Part shown: one piece after another, positions 51,904 through 64,000 of the stretch
Position numbering within the stretch: the first letter of the stretch is position 1
How the letters are laid out: the number at the start of each line of letters is the position of its first letter
Source of the DNA: Octopus sinensis
Lineage: Eukaryota
DNA: 64,000 nucleotides
Assembly (NCBI RefSeq): GCF_006345805.1
Contig: NC_043000.1
Span: 31,682,001-31,746,000, forward strand
Direction of reading: 5' to 3'
Translations under genes and position numbers: made by a program
Notes under the pieces: generated by a model
What the model saw: only the letters and a program-made list of their open reading frames with translations
The model's database searches: none
What the model was told of the DNA's origin: nothing

Positions 51904-53822
51904 TGTATTTATGGGCCCCGCAACGATGAAAATCAAAGTCGCTTTCAATGAAATTTTACACAAAATAATATGACAATGTCTGTTGCTGCTTTTAGTAATG
52001 TGAAGTGAATAAAACAGAAATGTTTCCTGGATAGAGCGACAGCCTCTTTATGTCAAGTTTTCCCATTCAACAAGATGCAGCAGTAATTTTATCATTTCAC
52101 GATCCATCATGGTCTACTGGACGGTGCTTGTCTCCGATGCTTATAACGGGAAATAACAGGATACTTCTGCCAACCTACCCATCCATCCTTTCACTGAACT
52201 TTTCTATCTTTTTATGTACGTTTCTGTACAGGGAGAAAGTAGTTGAACCAAGCTTTTACCTGAAATACCTGATTATCTCTCTTACACATACACACACACC
52301 TACACACACACACACATACAAACACATACACACATGAACACAAATACATACATACATGCAAGCATACTCGTACATACACACATATACACAATCGCACACA
52401 TATACAAGCATCATATGCACACACACATATACAAAGACTCACATGCAACACACACACGTACACATAAATTCACACGCACATTGGACTGGTCCACGGCAGT
52501 CGAGTCCAACTTGCTCGAAGTGGATACAGCAAGACGTGTATGGTTTATTGTAGTAGACAGAGGTAGTACTATAAAATTGACGTGTATCTTGCTACTGGTT
52601 TGCTATCGTTTCAGTATAAATTCAGTAAAATTTCAAAAGAAAATCACAGAAAGTCCTGAGCAATTATTTTGACGTGTTACACAAAAGAAGAAGAGCTGTG
52701 GCCTTGATTCCTGTCCGAGAATGGCGGAACAAAGTCTGTCTTCATTCTGAAAACTTGGTCTGAATGTACACAGCAACAAAGAAAATTTCACAAAAGTCCA
52801 TATGGTGGTGGCAGTTTTTGAAGAAGTGGTGGACATGGTAGAGATGGTGATAGGTAAATTGGGTAACTGTTTAACTCAACCATCCAACAACATAAACACT
52901 CTATACTTCGGGAACCCACAGATTCTGTTCATCATTTTTTTCCTCACAGACTTCGGAGACCATATGAATTCTAATTTCACTTCTTGGAGAACATATGAAT
53001 TCTTAATTTCTCAGCTATGCATGAAGTACATGAGAAAGATAACTGTTTCAAGTTTTGGTACAAGAGGAAGGGTAAGTTGATTATATCGACTCTATGTTGA
53101 AATGGTACTTATTTTACCGGAGAAATTTGAACTCGGAACGTAAAGAGCCGGAAAAAAATATAAAAATAACTTGTTATATGTGTAAGTATGGTTGTATTTT
53201 GTGGAGAATATCAGACGTTTATTAGTGGAGACTGTCAGTACTTGGCAATAATACTAATGTAGTTAGTAGCAGAACACAAAATTGTGCAATTAAAATGAGA
53301 AAGAAAAAATTGTTGGTTCAAAAACAAACAAAAAAACTCTTAAAATATAATCTAATTAAAATGTATTACTTGTAAACACGTAAGGTTTAATTGAGGCTAC
53401 ATTATCGTCAATTACGTTCCAGTTTGCATTTAATTTAGAATAAAGATTCAATGACGAGTTGGTAGTTTCTGTTGTTCGTTTACACAGGTTGTACTCATTA
53501 AATTCCTGTGTTTACCTCTATTTTTGCTGACCATGTTTATTCGGAAAATTAGCAGCTATCATCTCTGTCTTGAAAATTATTGCTTGTTGCAGAGGCTAGA
53601 GCAGCTGTTACAGAATGTGTTATAGCTATGTAACAGTTTCCTGTTATTTGCATTATTGTGTTTTATGAAGTAAATTTAATAAAAGCTGGAAGTTGAATAT
53701 TCAAAATTCTCTAAGGCTGTCCAGAGGATGGACAACGGCGCATTCAAAATTTTCGCCATATGCTAACATAGACGTTTCTTTTTCTGGTTTCAACACCTTC
53801 TACTGCATGCGTGTGTATGTAC

Positions 53823-54092
53823 GATCAACGGAGCAGCCTGCTCATGAAATTAACGTGCAAGTGACTGAGCAATCCACAGACACGTGTAACCCTAACATAG
53901 TTCTCAGGGCGATTGAGTGTGACACGGCCGGCCCTTTGAAATACAGGTACAACTCATTTTTACCAGTTGAGTGGACTGGAGCAGCGTGAAATAAAGTGTC
54001 TTGCTCAAGGACACAACGCGTCGCCGGGAATCAAACTCACGACCTTACAACCGTGAGCCGAATGCCCTAACCACTAAGCCACGCCCCTTCAC
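53823..54092 (-). mobile_element. Family C CORE-type SINE
   Basis: Homologous to 20785-21106, with a tRNA-like head GTGGCTTAGTGGTTAGGG...GAGTTTGATTCCC on the minus strand. Confidence 0.9.
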
Positions 54093-54156
54093 TATATATA
54101 TATATATGTCTATATATATATATATATAAGTTTATATATATATATGTACATATATG

Positions 54157-54226
<70 letters not shown>

Positions 54227-54264
54227 ATATATATATATGTCTAGGCATGCGTATATATATATTA

Positions 54265-55200
54265 AAAAGATAAGTTTCTGGAAAGTTTTACAAGTTTTTA
54301 CAGTTCCGGTGATGGCTTGGATTTGTTGTTTACGAATCAGCTTTCTCCTTTCTGATTTTGAAATGCCTAAATTCTCAAGATCGGCAGTGTGTTACATATC
54401 CCAGTGCCCCAGTTATAAGGTTATAAACCTGAACTGGTATAAACTTGTACTTGTAATTTAGGTAGAGTAACTGTAGGTTTCCCAAAAGTTCAGCGTAGGT
54501 ATTTTCTTTTTCGCTGATCTTTTAGCTTTATGTTAACATCCGCTGGGCAGCCGATTTCCACTGCTATATACACTTTCTCTTCTCTGTCTCAAATCACTAT
54601 GTCAGATCTATTATATTTACATTTTGTTGAAGTTTTCACTTGGACATTCCATCAGTTCTCCTTATTATGAGTAGCTATGGCCTCTACTATACTGTGGGTC
54701 CATATTTCTTTGGCCTCAAGGTTATCCTTCCGATGGATCTCATCATACAGTGTCTTAACTACATTATGTCTCATCGGTAGATAATACTGCGATGACATTT
54801 TTGGACAACGGCTTATGATGCGGGTGATATCTTCGGTTATCATAATTTGGTGTCCTTCCTGCGACTCTGTCCCTTTTGTACATTAAGTATTTGGCTGGTA
54901 TTTCCTATTACTAGATTGCAAGCGCATACCCTTCAAAGTGAGAGTTAGCAATCCGGTTGTTGGTTCAAAATAAACTGCTTTGATGATCAATGTTTTACTA
55001 ATATATTTATGCATGGTCTTCTGCTGATATCGCTCGTCCTTTCTTCTGCTGATACGTTGCATCTGAGCGTGAGACTTCTTCTGGCATGCATTCAAGGTTA
55101 TCAGACAAAGAATGTTGCTCAATGAACTACTTTCCAAATCTTATGATATTATCTGCCTCGTGTATGCATACTTGGTCAAGGGAGGTCCTTGGTGGTGAAA
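54265..55200 (-). mobile_element. RLE-type non-LTR retrotransposon 3' part, ending in (TA)n
   Basis: The minus strand reads EGYALAI...EDITRIISRCPKMSSQYYLPMRHNVV...KCKYNRSD...EIGCPADVNIK...YKFIPV...GALGYV...GTVKTCKTF, with frameshifts. Confidence 0.85.
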
Positions 55201-55260
55201 AGATGTTGCTGATTGGATGCATGTATGTTTTATGTATGTATGTATGGGAAGGGAAGGGAA

Positions 55261-55568
55261 GCACTCCGTCGGTTACGACGACGAGTGTTCCGGTTGATCC
55301 GAATCAACGGAACAGCCTGCTCGTGAAATTAACGTGTAAGTGGCTGAGCACTCCACAGACACGTGTACCCTTAACGTAGTTCTCGGAGATATTCAGCGTG
55401 ACACAGAGAGTGACAAGGCCGGCCCTTTGAAATACAGGTACAACAGAAACAGGAAGTAAGAGTGAGAGAAAGTTGTGGTGAAAGAGTACAGCAAGGATCA
55501 CCACCATCCCCTGCCGGAGCCTCGTGGAGCTTTAGGTGTTTTCGCTCAATAAACACTCACAACGCCCG
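55261..55568 (-). mobile_element. Chimeric SINE: family B body joined to family C tail
   Basis: 55445-55568 matches the family B 5' body (48290-48412); 55261-55444 matches the family C 3' half. Confidence 0.88.
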
Positions 55569-56999
55569 ATTTTCGATATGTATGTATGAATGTATGTATG
55601 CACGCATGTATGTATGTATACGTTTTAATAGAATTGTATTATTTTTCCGATGCCATAGGTTTCTTGGAAGACAGTCCATATTTGTTCAACCAGGGACTGT
55701 AATGTAAACGTTACTCCTACATCGCTTTGATGAGTGTAACGCGAAATCACAGATTATACAGGATGTCAACTGCATTGGTTAATTATGTATGAATATATAA
55801 AAGAATGTATGAGGAGATTAAGGAAATAAATCAAGCGACTGTTATATTTCTTGTTTCTCTTGAAATGAACCTAGATTGCAATGAATCAGTAGGAACACAC
55901 TTGTATCTATATTTTATAGCTGAGGCCGACTTTAAATGTGAAAATAGATCGTAAAAATTCATATTTGGGGAGCGCAGCAGCGGAACTTGTGACCTCCTCA
56001 GATATGACAGTAATTCGGCAATTATACACATACACACACACATGCCTATGAGTGCGTTTATATGCGTGGTTATGTGGGTGTGTGTAGAAGTATGTGCGAA
56101 TGCGTATATGTATGCGTGTTTGCCAATGAGTATATATTCACAAACAATTACATAATCACATTAAATCTATATCATGGTTTCATTTAAATACTGTGTCTCA
56201 TCAGTGAATATGAAACGGAGGTTCAGCATAAGCAAAAATGGAGGATTGACCGACGGCCATGTAGCAACAGCACTGGATTCATTTAATGAGACGGTGGAGA
56301 TATGAAAGAGAATTGTCCGCTATTTTTAACAGTTCGATTGATCCTTTAGAAGTTCCTTCATTTGCTTGTTGCTGGCTGATAGATAACAACACCGATATTC
56401 TCTGCTAAACATAAGCTGCAAAACCGCCATTACTTTCTAAACTATGCTGCGACATTCAGAACATTTCATGTGATCACTGTTTCTTTGAATAGCAAGATTC
56501 TTTTATTCATTTATATGTTTCAGCGCAAAGACCGGAGCGCTGCCAGTACTAATTATCTTGTTAATTTATTGTTGCCATTAAAGTCAATATGGACTAAGTA
56601 TGTATATGCTCAACTACGTTCCATCTGTGACCAATATGTATTTAAACGGGCTTAGTGCCTCTATTTTATCTGCTCCCGTTTGCCATTGTTTAACATATTC
56701 ACATCTTTCTTTGATCGTTGTTGAGTTCCACTTCGATAATTCGACGAAAAACGTTCGGAACAGCACACTGGCACCAACAAATTCTCTTTAATATATCATT
56801 ATCATCGTTGTTGAAGCAAACCTTTAACATTTTTCCTTAGGTTCTGGTGTGTTTTGAGGAATATTTGCTACCATATTTAGCTGGTCAAGCGACTGAACCT
56901 GAGTATCTTGCATCCGAATGTGGAATTGAGATACATTTTAAAAAAATATTTAATAAAAATTTGACCTTCAAGTATAAGTGATCTTCTAGAGAATATATA

Positions 57000-57232
57000 C
57001 CTATTTCTTTACTACCCAGAAGGGGCTAAAGATAGAGGGGACAAACAAGGACAGACAAACGGATTAAGTCGATTACATCGACCCCGGTGCGTAACTGGTA
57101 CTTAATTTATCGACCCCGAAAGGATGAAAGGCAAAGTCGACCTCGGCGGAATTTGAACTCAGAACGTAACGGCAGACGAAATACGGCTACACATTTTGCC
57201 CGGCGTGCTAACGTTTCTGCTAGCTCGCCGCC
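57000..57232 (-). mobile_element. Family A SINE
   Basis: Full-length reverse-complement copy. Confidence 0.93.
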
Positions 57233-57740
57233 TTAATATATACCACTTCCATAGTGAACATAGAGAATATATACCACTTCCATAGTGAACTTATACCACT
57301 CGGTATATGCCATTGACTATATACCACATTGAATATATACCATTTGCACATTGAAACGCCATCAATCATAGAAATAACGTACGAAGTGGAAAATCTACCC
57401 ATTCCTCATTTTCTTGTTTTCAAATTGACAACGAAAACGAATATGTTAAATTTAAAACCAATTTTTTTTTTTCAAGGTAACAATGGTTTCAGATTGAAAA
57501 TGGTTGATGGCTCTCCTCGGAAAGTTATCTTGCTGTCCACATCACTCATCGCTTCATCCATCTCTTCAGTTTTATGGTTTTCTTTTATTTCCTTTCAACG
57601 GTTATTCGATAAATTATTCATTTCCTAATACACATACTTCTCATCGATACTACTGAAATCGATCAAGTATGTTCAGTATTTTATCCTTATTTCCGTTCGT
57701 TTCCTTGTTTTGTTTATTATTATTATTGTTGTTGTTGTTG

Positions 57741-57811
<71 letters not shown>

Positions 57812-58025
57812 GAGTGAGAGAGCAGTGCATGTCATCAAAGTGACACTGGGGTAAAATATGCGAAGCCCAGAATACCCATGATGACTATCCGGTATAGTCA
57901 TAGATAAGGGTACACTAGGCACATGCATCACAACCATATGTGCGCGACATGGTGAGCTCATATCATGATAAACAGCACATGACTTTGCAGGTGGGGCCCA
58001 GTTAGAATTTTCTTCTGGTCGAGTA
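57812..58025 (-). mobile_element. 5'-truncated copy of the 556-bp element, with (TAA)n tail at 57713-57811
   Basis: Reverse complement of 45420-45631. Confidence 0.9.
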
Positions 58026-58029
58026 AAAG

Positions 58030-58407
<378 letters not shown>

Positions 58408-58415
58408 GTAATAAT

Positions 58416-59375
58416 ATGGGGTGTTGCTGTAATCCGCTATATAGCACCCATCCTGAAATGGACGCAAACGCAGATTGACCAACTCGATCGCTCTACCCAA
58501 TGCATGTACACAGGCTCTATATGAAGAGAGTTAAGGGTGGACGTGTGCTTATTAGCGTACAGTAGTGCATCAACAATGAAGAAAGAAACATAGCAGACTG
58601 TTTGGTAAACAGAAAACAAGACCTGCTATAGAGAAGAAACCCTACTCCGTATGGAATTACATGGTCAGTTCCACCGTGAAACCAACAAGTTAAAAGACCA
58701 GGAAGCATCATGGAGGTGGCTCAACAAGGGTGACCTAAAAAAGAATATTGAAAGCTTAATCGTCGCTGCTCAGGACCAGGCATTGAATATCAACTCAGTG
58801 AAAAAGTGTGATTCACATTATTAGTGCTTGTGAAAGTCTTGCGCAGAAAGAGTAAAAGCGTAAACACGACAAGGTAGCCCACAACCTCCACTGGCTACTA
58901 TGCCGTAAGTATGGATATGAGGTTACGGGTGCTTGGTACCAACATACACCGGAAAAAGTAATGGACGCAAATCAACCTTAAGGAGGGACAAACAAGAACG
59001 CCTAATAATTGACGTGGCAGTGCTATTTTCAACATATCATCATGAAAGAAAAGGAAAAGGTTGATAGATATGGAGACCTGAGAATTGAGATCGCTAAGAT
59101 GTGGCAGCTACGAGAGTCAAACATAAAGGTTATCCCTATTGTCAATGGAGCATTGGGTTCAATACCACCCATTCTGAAAAAAAACATCTGAAAACCTTAG
59201 AAATACCCTACAATCTAGATGTATTGCAAAAGTCGGCCTTACTTGGAACCGCACGCATATTGCGTAAAGTACTGTCTGTCTGAGGTCCTTGTTGTGACTT
59301 GACAAATAATACAAACACCCGGCAGACACAATATCTTAAATCAACAATCTCACGATATTATATACTGTGCGACGT
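58416..59375 (+). mobile_element. R4/Dong-like LINE fragment (thumb to 3' UTR, multiple deletions)
   Basis: WGVAVIRY...LHGQFHR...ESLIVAAQDQAL...HDKVAHNLHWLLC...KEKEKVDRYGDLRIEIAKMWQL...LQKSALLGTARILRKVLSV*. Confidence 0.88.
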
Positions 59376-59384
59376 CTATAATAA

Positions 59385-59887
59385 TAGAACAATGATATGA
59401 ACAAAAGCCAGAGGGACTAATGGAAAATGAACATTGCAAAATACTCAGGGATTTTAACATGCAGTGCGACCAAGTCATAGAGGCGAGACAGCCAGATATC
59501 GTGCTCATCTATAAAGATGAAAAAGAGGTAAAGATAGTAGAGGGTGAAATGTAAGAAAACAGAAAAGATCGAGAAATACCTGTTACTGCGGGACGAAATA
59601 GGAAAGTTATGGGGCATGAAGAAAGTAATGGTGATACCGGTAGTAATTGAAGCATTAGGAACAGTTTCCAAGGGCTTTGAAAAACATATTAAGAATATTG
59701 GAGCTGCTACCAGGCTCGAGGAGATCCAGAAGTCAGCATTGTTGGGTACAGCTCGCATTTTAAGGAGAGTATTGTCTCTTTGAGTCCCAGGAGAAGGCAC
59801 TACTTGAAACCTTTGGTGATTTGTTATTGCCTGCTTTCAAGTAAAGAATCACCGGTAATGAAGAACTATCCGAAAGTCTTTCAGAAT
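59385..59887 (+). mobile_element. R4/Dong-like LINE 3' end followed by (CAA)(TAA)n
   Basis: EQKPEGLMENEHCKIL...RQPDIVLI...KIEKYLLLRDEIGKLWGMKKV...IQKSALLGTARILRRVLSL*. Confidence 0.88.
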
Positions 59888-59908
59888 AGCAACAACAACA
59901 ACAACAAC

Positions 59909-59981
<73 letters not shown>

Positions 59982-59982
<1 letters not shown>

Positions 59983-60578
59983 GTGCGCCACTAGCTCTGA
60001 AGGAATATAAGAGACCCCACGACAATATATCAAGGCTTGTCCATTGGACACTTTGCAACAAGTATGGACTTGACAGAGCAAAAATTTGGTACGACCGCAA
60101 ACCCGAAGGCATCATTGAAAATGATAATGCAAAGATCCTGTGAGATTTTATGATTCAGTGCAACCAGGAGATAGAGAATAGGAAACCAGACATAGTCTTA
60201 ATTGAGAAAGATAACAAACTATGCTGGATCATAGATATAACATGCCCAGCTGACAACAAGGCATGCGATAAAGAAGAAAGAAAAGTCGATACATATGACA
60301 GGTTAGTTTGGGAGGTTAAGCAGTTGTGAGCGATAAAAAAGGTAGCAGTAGTACTAATAATTGTCGGAGTCCTGTGAACAGTGAGCAAAAATCTTGAGAA
60401 GTACTTGGAACAAATTGGGCCTGCAATAAGGATGGAGCACTTGCAGAAAACAGCACTGCTTGGAACCGCTCGAATACTCCAGAAGGTGCTCGAAAAATAA
60501 GGGATGTTACCTTAGCTCACTGGTAGTGAACAGCTGACACTGTAATACATCTCCAGCGTTATAAGCTGTGCAGAGGCA
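59982..60578 (+). mobile_element. R4/Dong-like LINE 3' part followed by (TAA/TGA)n
   Basis: KEYKRPHDNISRLVHWTLCNKYG...NRKPDIVLIEKDNKLCWIIDITCPAD...LQKTALLGTARILQKVLEK*. Confidence 0.92.
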
Positions 60579-60605
60579 ATAATAATAATTATGATGATGA
60601 TGATG

Positions 60606-61139
60606 AAAACCAAAGTCATCCCCATTAGAAGAGGAGTACTCCAGGGTGACACGCTCTCTCCACTTCTTTTCTGCTTGGCACTGACACAAGACCAAAGCCT
60701 CCCCACCAGAAATTACCAAAACCATATAATGGAAAGAAACATAACAAGTAACATGCATGCATAAGTGACAAAGAACTAGAAAAGATTGGAAAATACAGAC
60801 TACTAAAAGATGGAATTGCAAGGATGCGGACTATTAGGAGAGTGTCTGTCATCCTAGTAGCTGTAAGGGCACTCGGGGTACTAACAACCAACTTTGAGAA
60901 ATATGTCAGAGAAACTGGAATTGACATGAGAGCAGAGCAAGCCCAAGAAACTGCTCTGCTGGGGACAGCTAGGATTTTGAGATTGGTACTTGGATATTGT
61001 ATGTCTCCCATGATAATTAACAACCAATTATCAAAGCTTATAATGTGTGGAAAGAGACCTGTGAGACGTTTGACCACAGGCTACTGTCCGCTCTCACAGG
61101 ATCTACCAGAGCAAACAAGACTGAGCGCTCTGAGAAGTA
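60606..61139 (+). mobile_element. R4/Dong-like LINE: RT motif fragment fused by deletion to RLE C-terminus
   Basis: IPIRRGVLQGDTLSPLLFCLAL (RT QGDxLSP motif), then KELEKIGKYRLLKDGIAR...AQETALLGTARILRLVLG, with a (CAA)(TAA)n tail at 61140-61170. Confidence 0.88.
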
Positions 61140-61170
61140 AAACAACAACAACAACAATAATAATAATAAT

Positions 61171-61575
61171 TCTCTTATTCTTCTATTCTTTTACTTGTTT
61201 CAGTCATTTGACTGCGGCCATGCTGGAGCACCGCCTTTATAGTCGAGTAAATCGACCCCAGAGCTTATTCTTTGTAAGTCTAGTACTTATTCTACCGGTC
61301 TCTTTTGCCGAACCGCTAAGTTATGGGGACGTAAATACACCAGCATCGGTTGTCAAGTGATGTTGGGGGGGGGACACACAGACACACAAACACACACACA
61401 CACACACACATACGACAGGCTTCTTCCAATTTCCGTCGATCAAATCCACTCACAAGGCTTTGGTCGGTCCGAGGCTATAGTAGAAGACACTTGCCCAAGG
61501 TGCCATGCAGTGGGACTGAACCCAGGACCATGTGGTTGGTAAGCAAGCTACTTACCACACAGCCACTCCTGCACC
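61171..61575 (-). mobile_element. Family D SINE
   Basis: Reverse complement of the 22537-22960 family. Confidence 0.92.
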
Positions 61576-61579
61576 TACA

Positions 61580-61662
61580 TAATAATAATAATAATAATAA
61601 TGATGATGATGATGATAATGATGGTGATAATGATGATGATAATGATGGTGATAATGATGATA

Positions 61663-61708
<46 letters not shown>

Positions 61709-61737
61709 GATGATGATGATGATGGTGATGATGGTGG

Positions 61738-61769
<32 letters not shown>

Positions 61770-61779
61770 GTGATGATGG

Positions 61780-61810
<31 letters not shown>

Positions 61811-61812
61811 AT
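61580..61812. repeat. (TAA)n/(TGA)n/(TGG) trinucleotide array
   Basis: Seen directly in the sequence. Confidence 0.95.
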
Positions 61813-62454
61813 AGATGTTTATGTAGTCGAGGCATAGTGCATAAAAACATCAATAACATGAAACGTATCTCATAAAGGCAGTATCACTGAAATCAGGGGA
61901 AATATACGATATATATACTTAATCCATACTCTTTAATCAATAAGTAATTGAGTATTTTTAGTGAGTAATCCGTGATGGTAATCTATTTAAAGATGTATTG
62001 ATTGATCAGCGATCTATTTTTAACTTCAACTGGTATTCAGCTTCGTATTTTTAGTGTACCCTGACCGCGAGCAAATGTGTCCATAATAACCAATCCCTAT
62101 ATCAGAAAAGATAATACTTGCCAAATACAACTTCTATTAATGGCTATTCTAAATATTAGCCGGATCGATAACCAATCCAAATATACAGCCAAATCGATTC
62201 TGAACTTAAATATTTGATGTAATGAATGGCCATTGAAAATATCAAAATAATCATTCATTTCGGTGAAAGCAAAAGAGAAGAGTAATATGAAGGCATCGTG
62301 GAATTGGCCTAAATATTTGTTTTATTAATAGTACATCGATAATATATAATATCGCTGTTTTTTCAGGTTGGTGTTGCAAAGACTGTTAACGAAAGCGTCG
62401 CCGTTAATGGATCTATTATATCATCCCGTTCTTTTTTTATATACGCAGACAAAA

Positions 62455-62692
62455 TACATACACACATGCATACATACATATATACACACATGCATACATA
62501 CATACATACATACATACATGCATGCATGCATACATACATACATACATACATGCATACATACATACATACATGCATACATACATACATACATACATACATA
62601 CATACATACATACATACATGCATGTATGCATACATACATACATACATGCATACATACATACATACATACATACACACATACATACATACATT
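62455..62692. repeat. (CATA)n microsatellite
   Basis: Seen directly in the sequence. Confidence 0.95.
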
Positions 62693-63084
62693 ATGGGAGC
62701 AATATGTTGATTTGGAAAGTTCCAATTTTGGCGGGTAATGAAAACTGTGGAAGCAAAGATAAATAAGATCTATTTTTAAAGCTGATATGTTTAGATTGTT
62801 TAAATCTAAATTTAGATTTTAGATATAATCGTGTAAACAATAATACTTTTGAAAATAAAACAATATTGCTTTTCATGTTTTCTTTTCTTTTTCTTTTTTT
62901 TTTCATTACATGAAAAATATCCCGACTCCATAATCTGCTGATTCTCTCATGTGAAATGAAAACTGTAAATGGCAAAGAGAGAAATTCGAACGCATGATGC
63001 TAGTTTTTATCATCACCATCAACCCCTGGACATTACTATTTCAAGTCTTAGAATTCGTAGGGCTGATTGCCCGGTTTCCATGGC

Positions 63085-63152
<68 letters not shown>

Positions 63153-63155
<3 letters not shown>

Positions 63156-64000
63156 TGTTTGACTTTTGCTTTGTATTTGTACAAGTTGGCTCCAGGTCAC
63201 ATCGAGAGACCTCAAGAGACAACAAGTTGGAAGTTCATGTTGGTGTTATGCCTAGGATGTCATATATTTGGTTTTGCACAAAATATTGTTCTCGAGAATG
63301 TTTAAGAAAACATAAGACAATTATGAGTTTGTTTTGAAATTTGAGATTACATAGACAGTATTTTACGTAGGATATGGGCAGTTCCCATGAGCACTATCTT
63401 TTCAATTTCTGCCATTTTGGATTTCCTGGTATCTGAGCTAGGTAGCAATCAGCTCCTTTTGCTATCATTCCTAGAGCACCTATGACAACAGGTATTGTTT
63501 TAGTCTTGACGTTCCACATTTTGCTAATTTCTATTTCAAGATCTTAAAACTTGCTCTTTTTTTGGTAGGTCTTGACAGATACGTTTATATCGATTGGGAC
63601 AGTCATATCAATAAGGAGGCATGATTTTCGTCTGAAGTCTTTCAATATAACGTCTGGCCTATTCGCATCTATCTTTCTGACTCTTTGAATGGTGAAGTTC
63701 CAGAAGAGTGAAGTTCCAGAAGAGTGAGCACTAGCGGTGGTTTGTGTTCCCACTAGTTTTTATCATGGGGCAGGTCCAGGTTTTTACAAATTACACAGTG
63801 AATATATTGTGCTGCTCTATCATAACTGTTGAGATACTCTGTAGGCGCAAGAAGACTGCACTTGGAGACAACATGATCAATGGTTTCATTTTGTTGTTGA
63901 CATACACACGTTGGGCTACTGCCGTTCTATAATACGTTGGCCTGGTAGTTTCCTGTAGGTAGGCAGTGATCTTGGGCTGCTATGATAAACCCATCTATTT
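63153..64000 (-). mobile_element. R4/Dong-like LINE 3' part running off the window, (TAA)n tail at 63086-63152
   Basis: The minus strand reads FIIAAQDHCL...LFWNFTIQRVRKIDANRPDVILKDFRRKSCLLIDMTVPID...LMGTAHILRKILSM*. Its 3' UTR is nearly identical to 14375-14566. Confidence 0.92.

Noticed and set aside
52690-52860. Gly-rich frame (PYGGGSF*RSGGHGRDGD) ending at AG|GTAAAT as an exon
   Set aside because: It has an in-frame stop, no clear acceptor and no recognisable family.

Overview
This is AT-rich, microsatellite-saturated eukaryotic DNA. The SINE families and repeat landscape fit an octopus (coleoid cephalopod) genome; I infer this from recall of repeat families, not from a search. I can support only one host coding segment: a 1.1-kb 3'-terminal exon (24479-25575, +) encoding a Ser/Thr/Pro-rich disordered region, a C-terminal coiled coil and a class I PDZ-type end (-ESII). 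I cannot name the gene, and its upstream exons are not identifiable (a 100-N gap lies at 13782-13881). The rest is decayed mobile DNA and simple repeats: about 20 tRNA-headed SINE copies of several modular families, more than a dozen 5'-truncated R4/Dong-like (RT + restriction-like endonuclease) LINE fragments, RTE and Tx1-like LINE relics, a Ty3/Gypsy 5' half, a mariner fragment, MITEs, and Penelope-like ends with hammerhead-like motifs. Nearly all ORFs in the supplied track are microsatellite or TE artefacts. There is no CRISPR array, rRNA, intact tRNA or prokaryote-type system. The best leads are: (i) same-strand trains of R4/Dong-like LINEs stacked in (TAA)n tails, with a 556-bp non-coding, tRNA-less passenger element; (ii) a SINE with an apparent AGCAACAGA target preference; (iii) a 39-bp tandem array seeded on a Gypsy primer-binding site; (iv) hammerhead-like motifs; and (v) an ~18-kb SINE-poor zone downstream of the terminal exon that may be a very long 3' UTR. 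None is proven novel.
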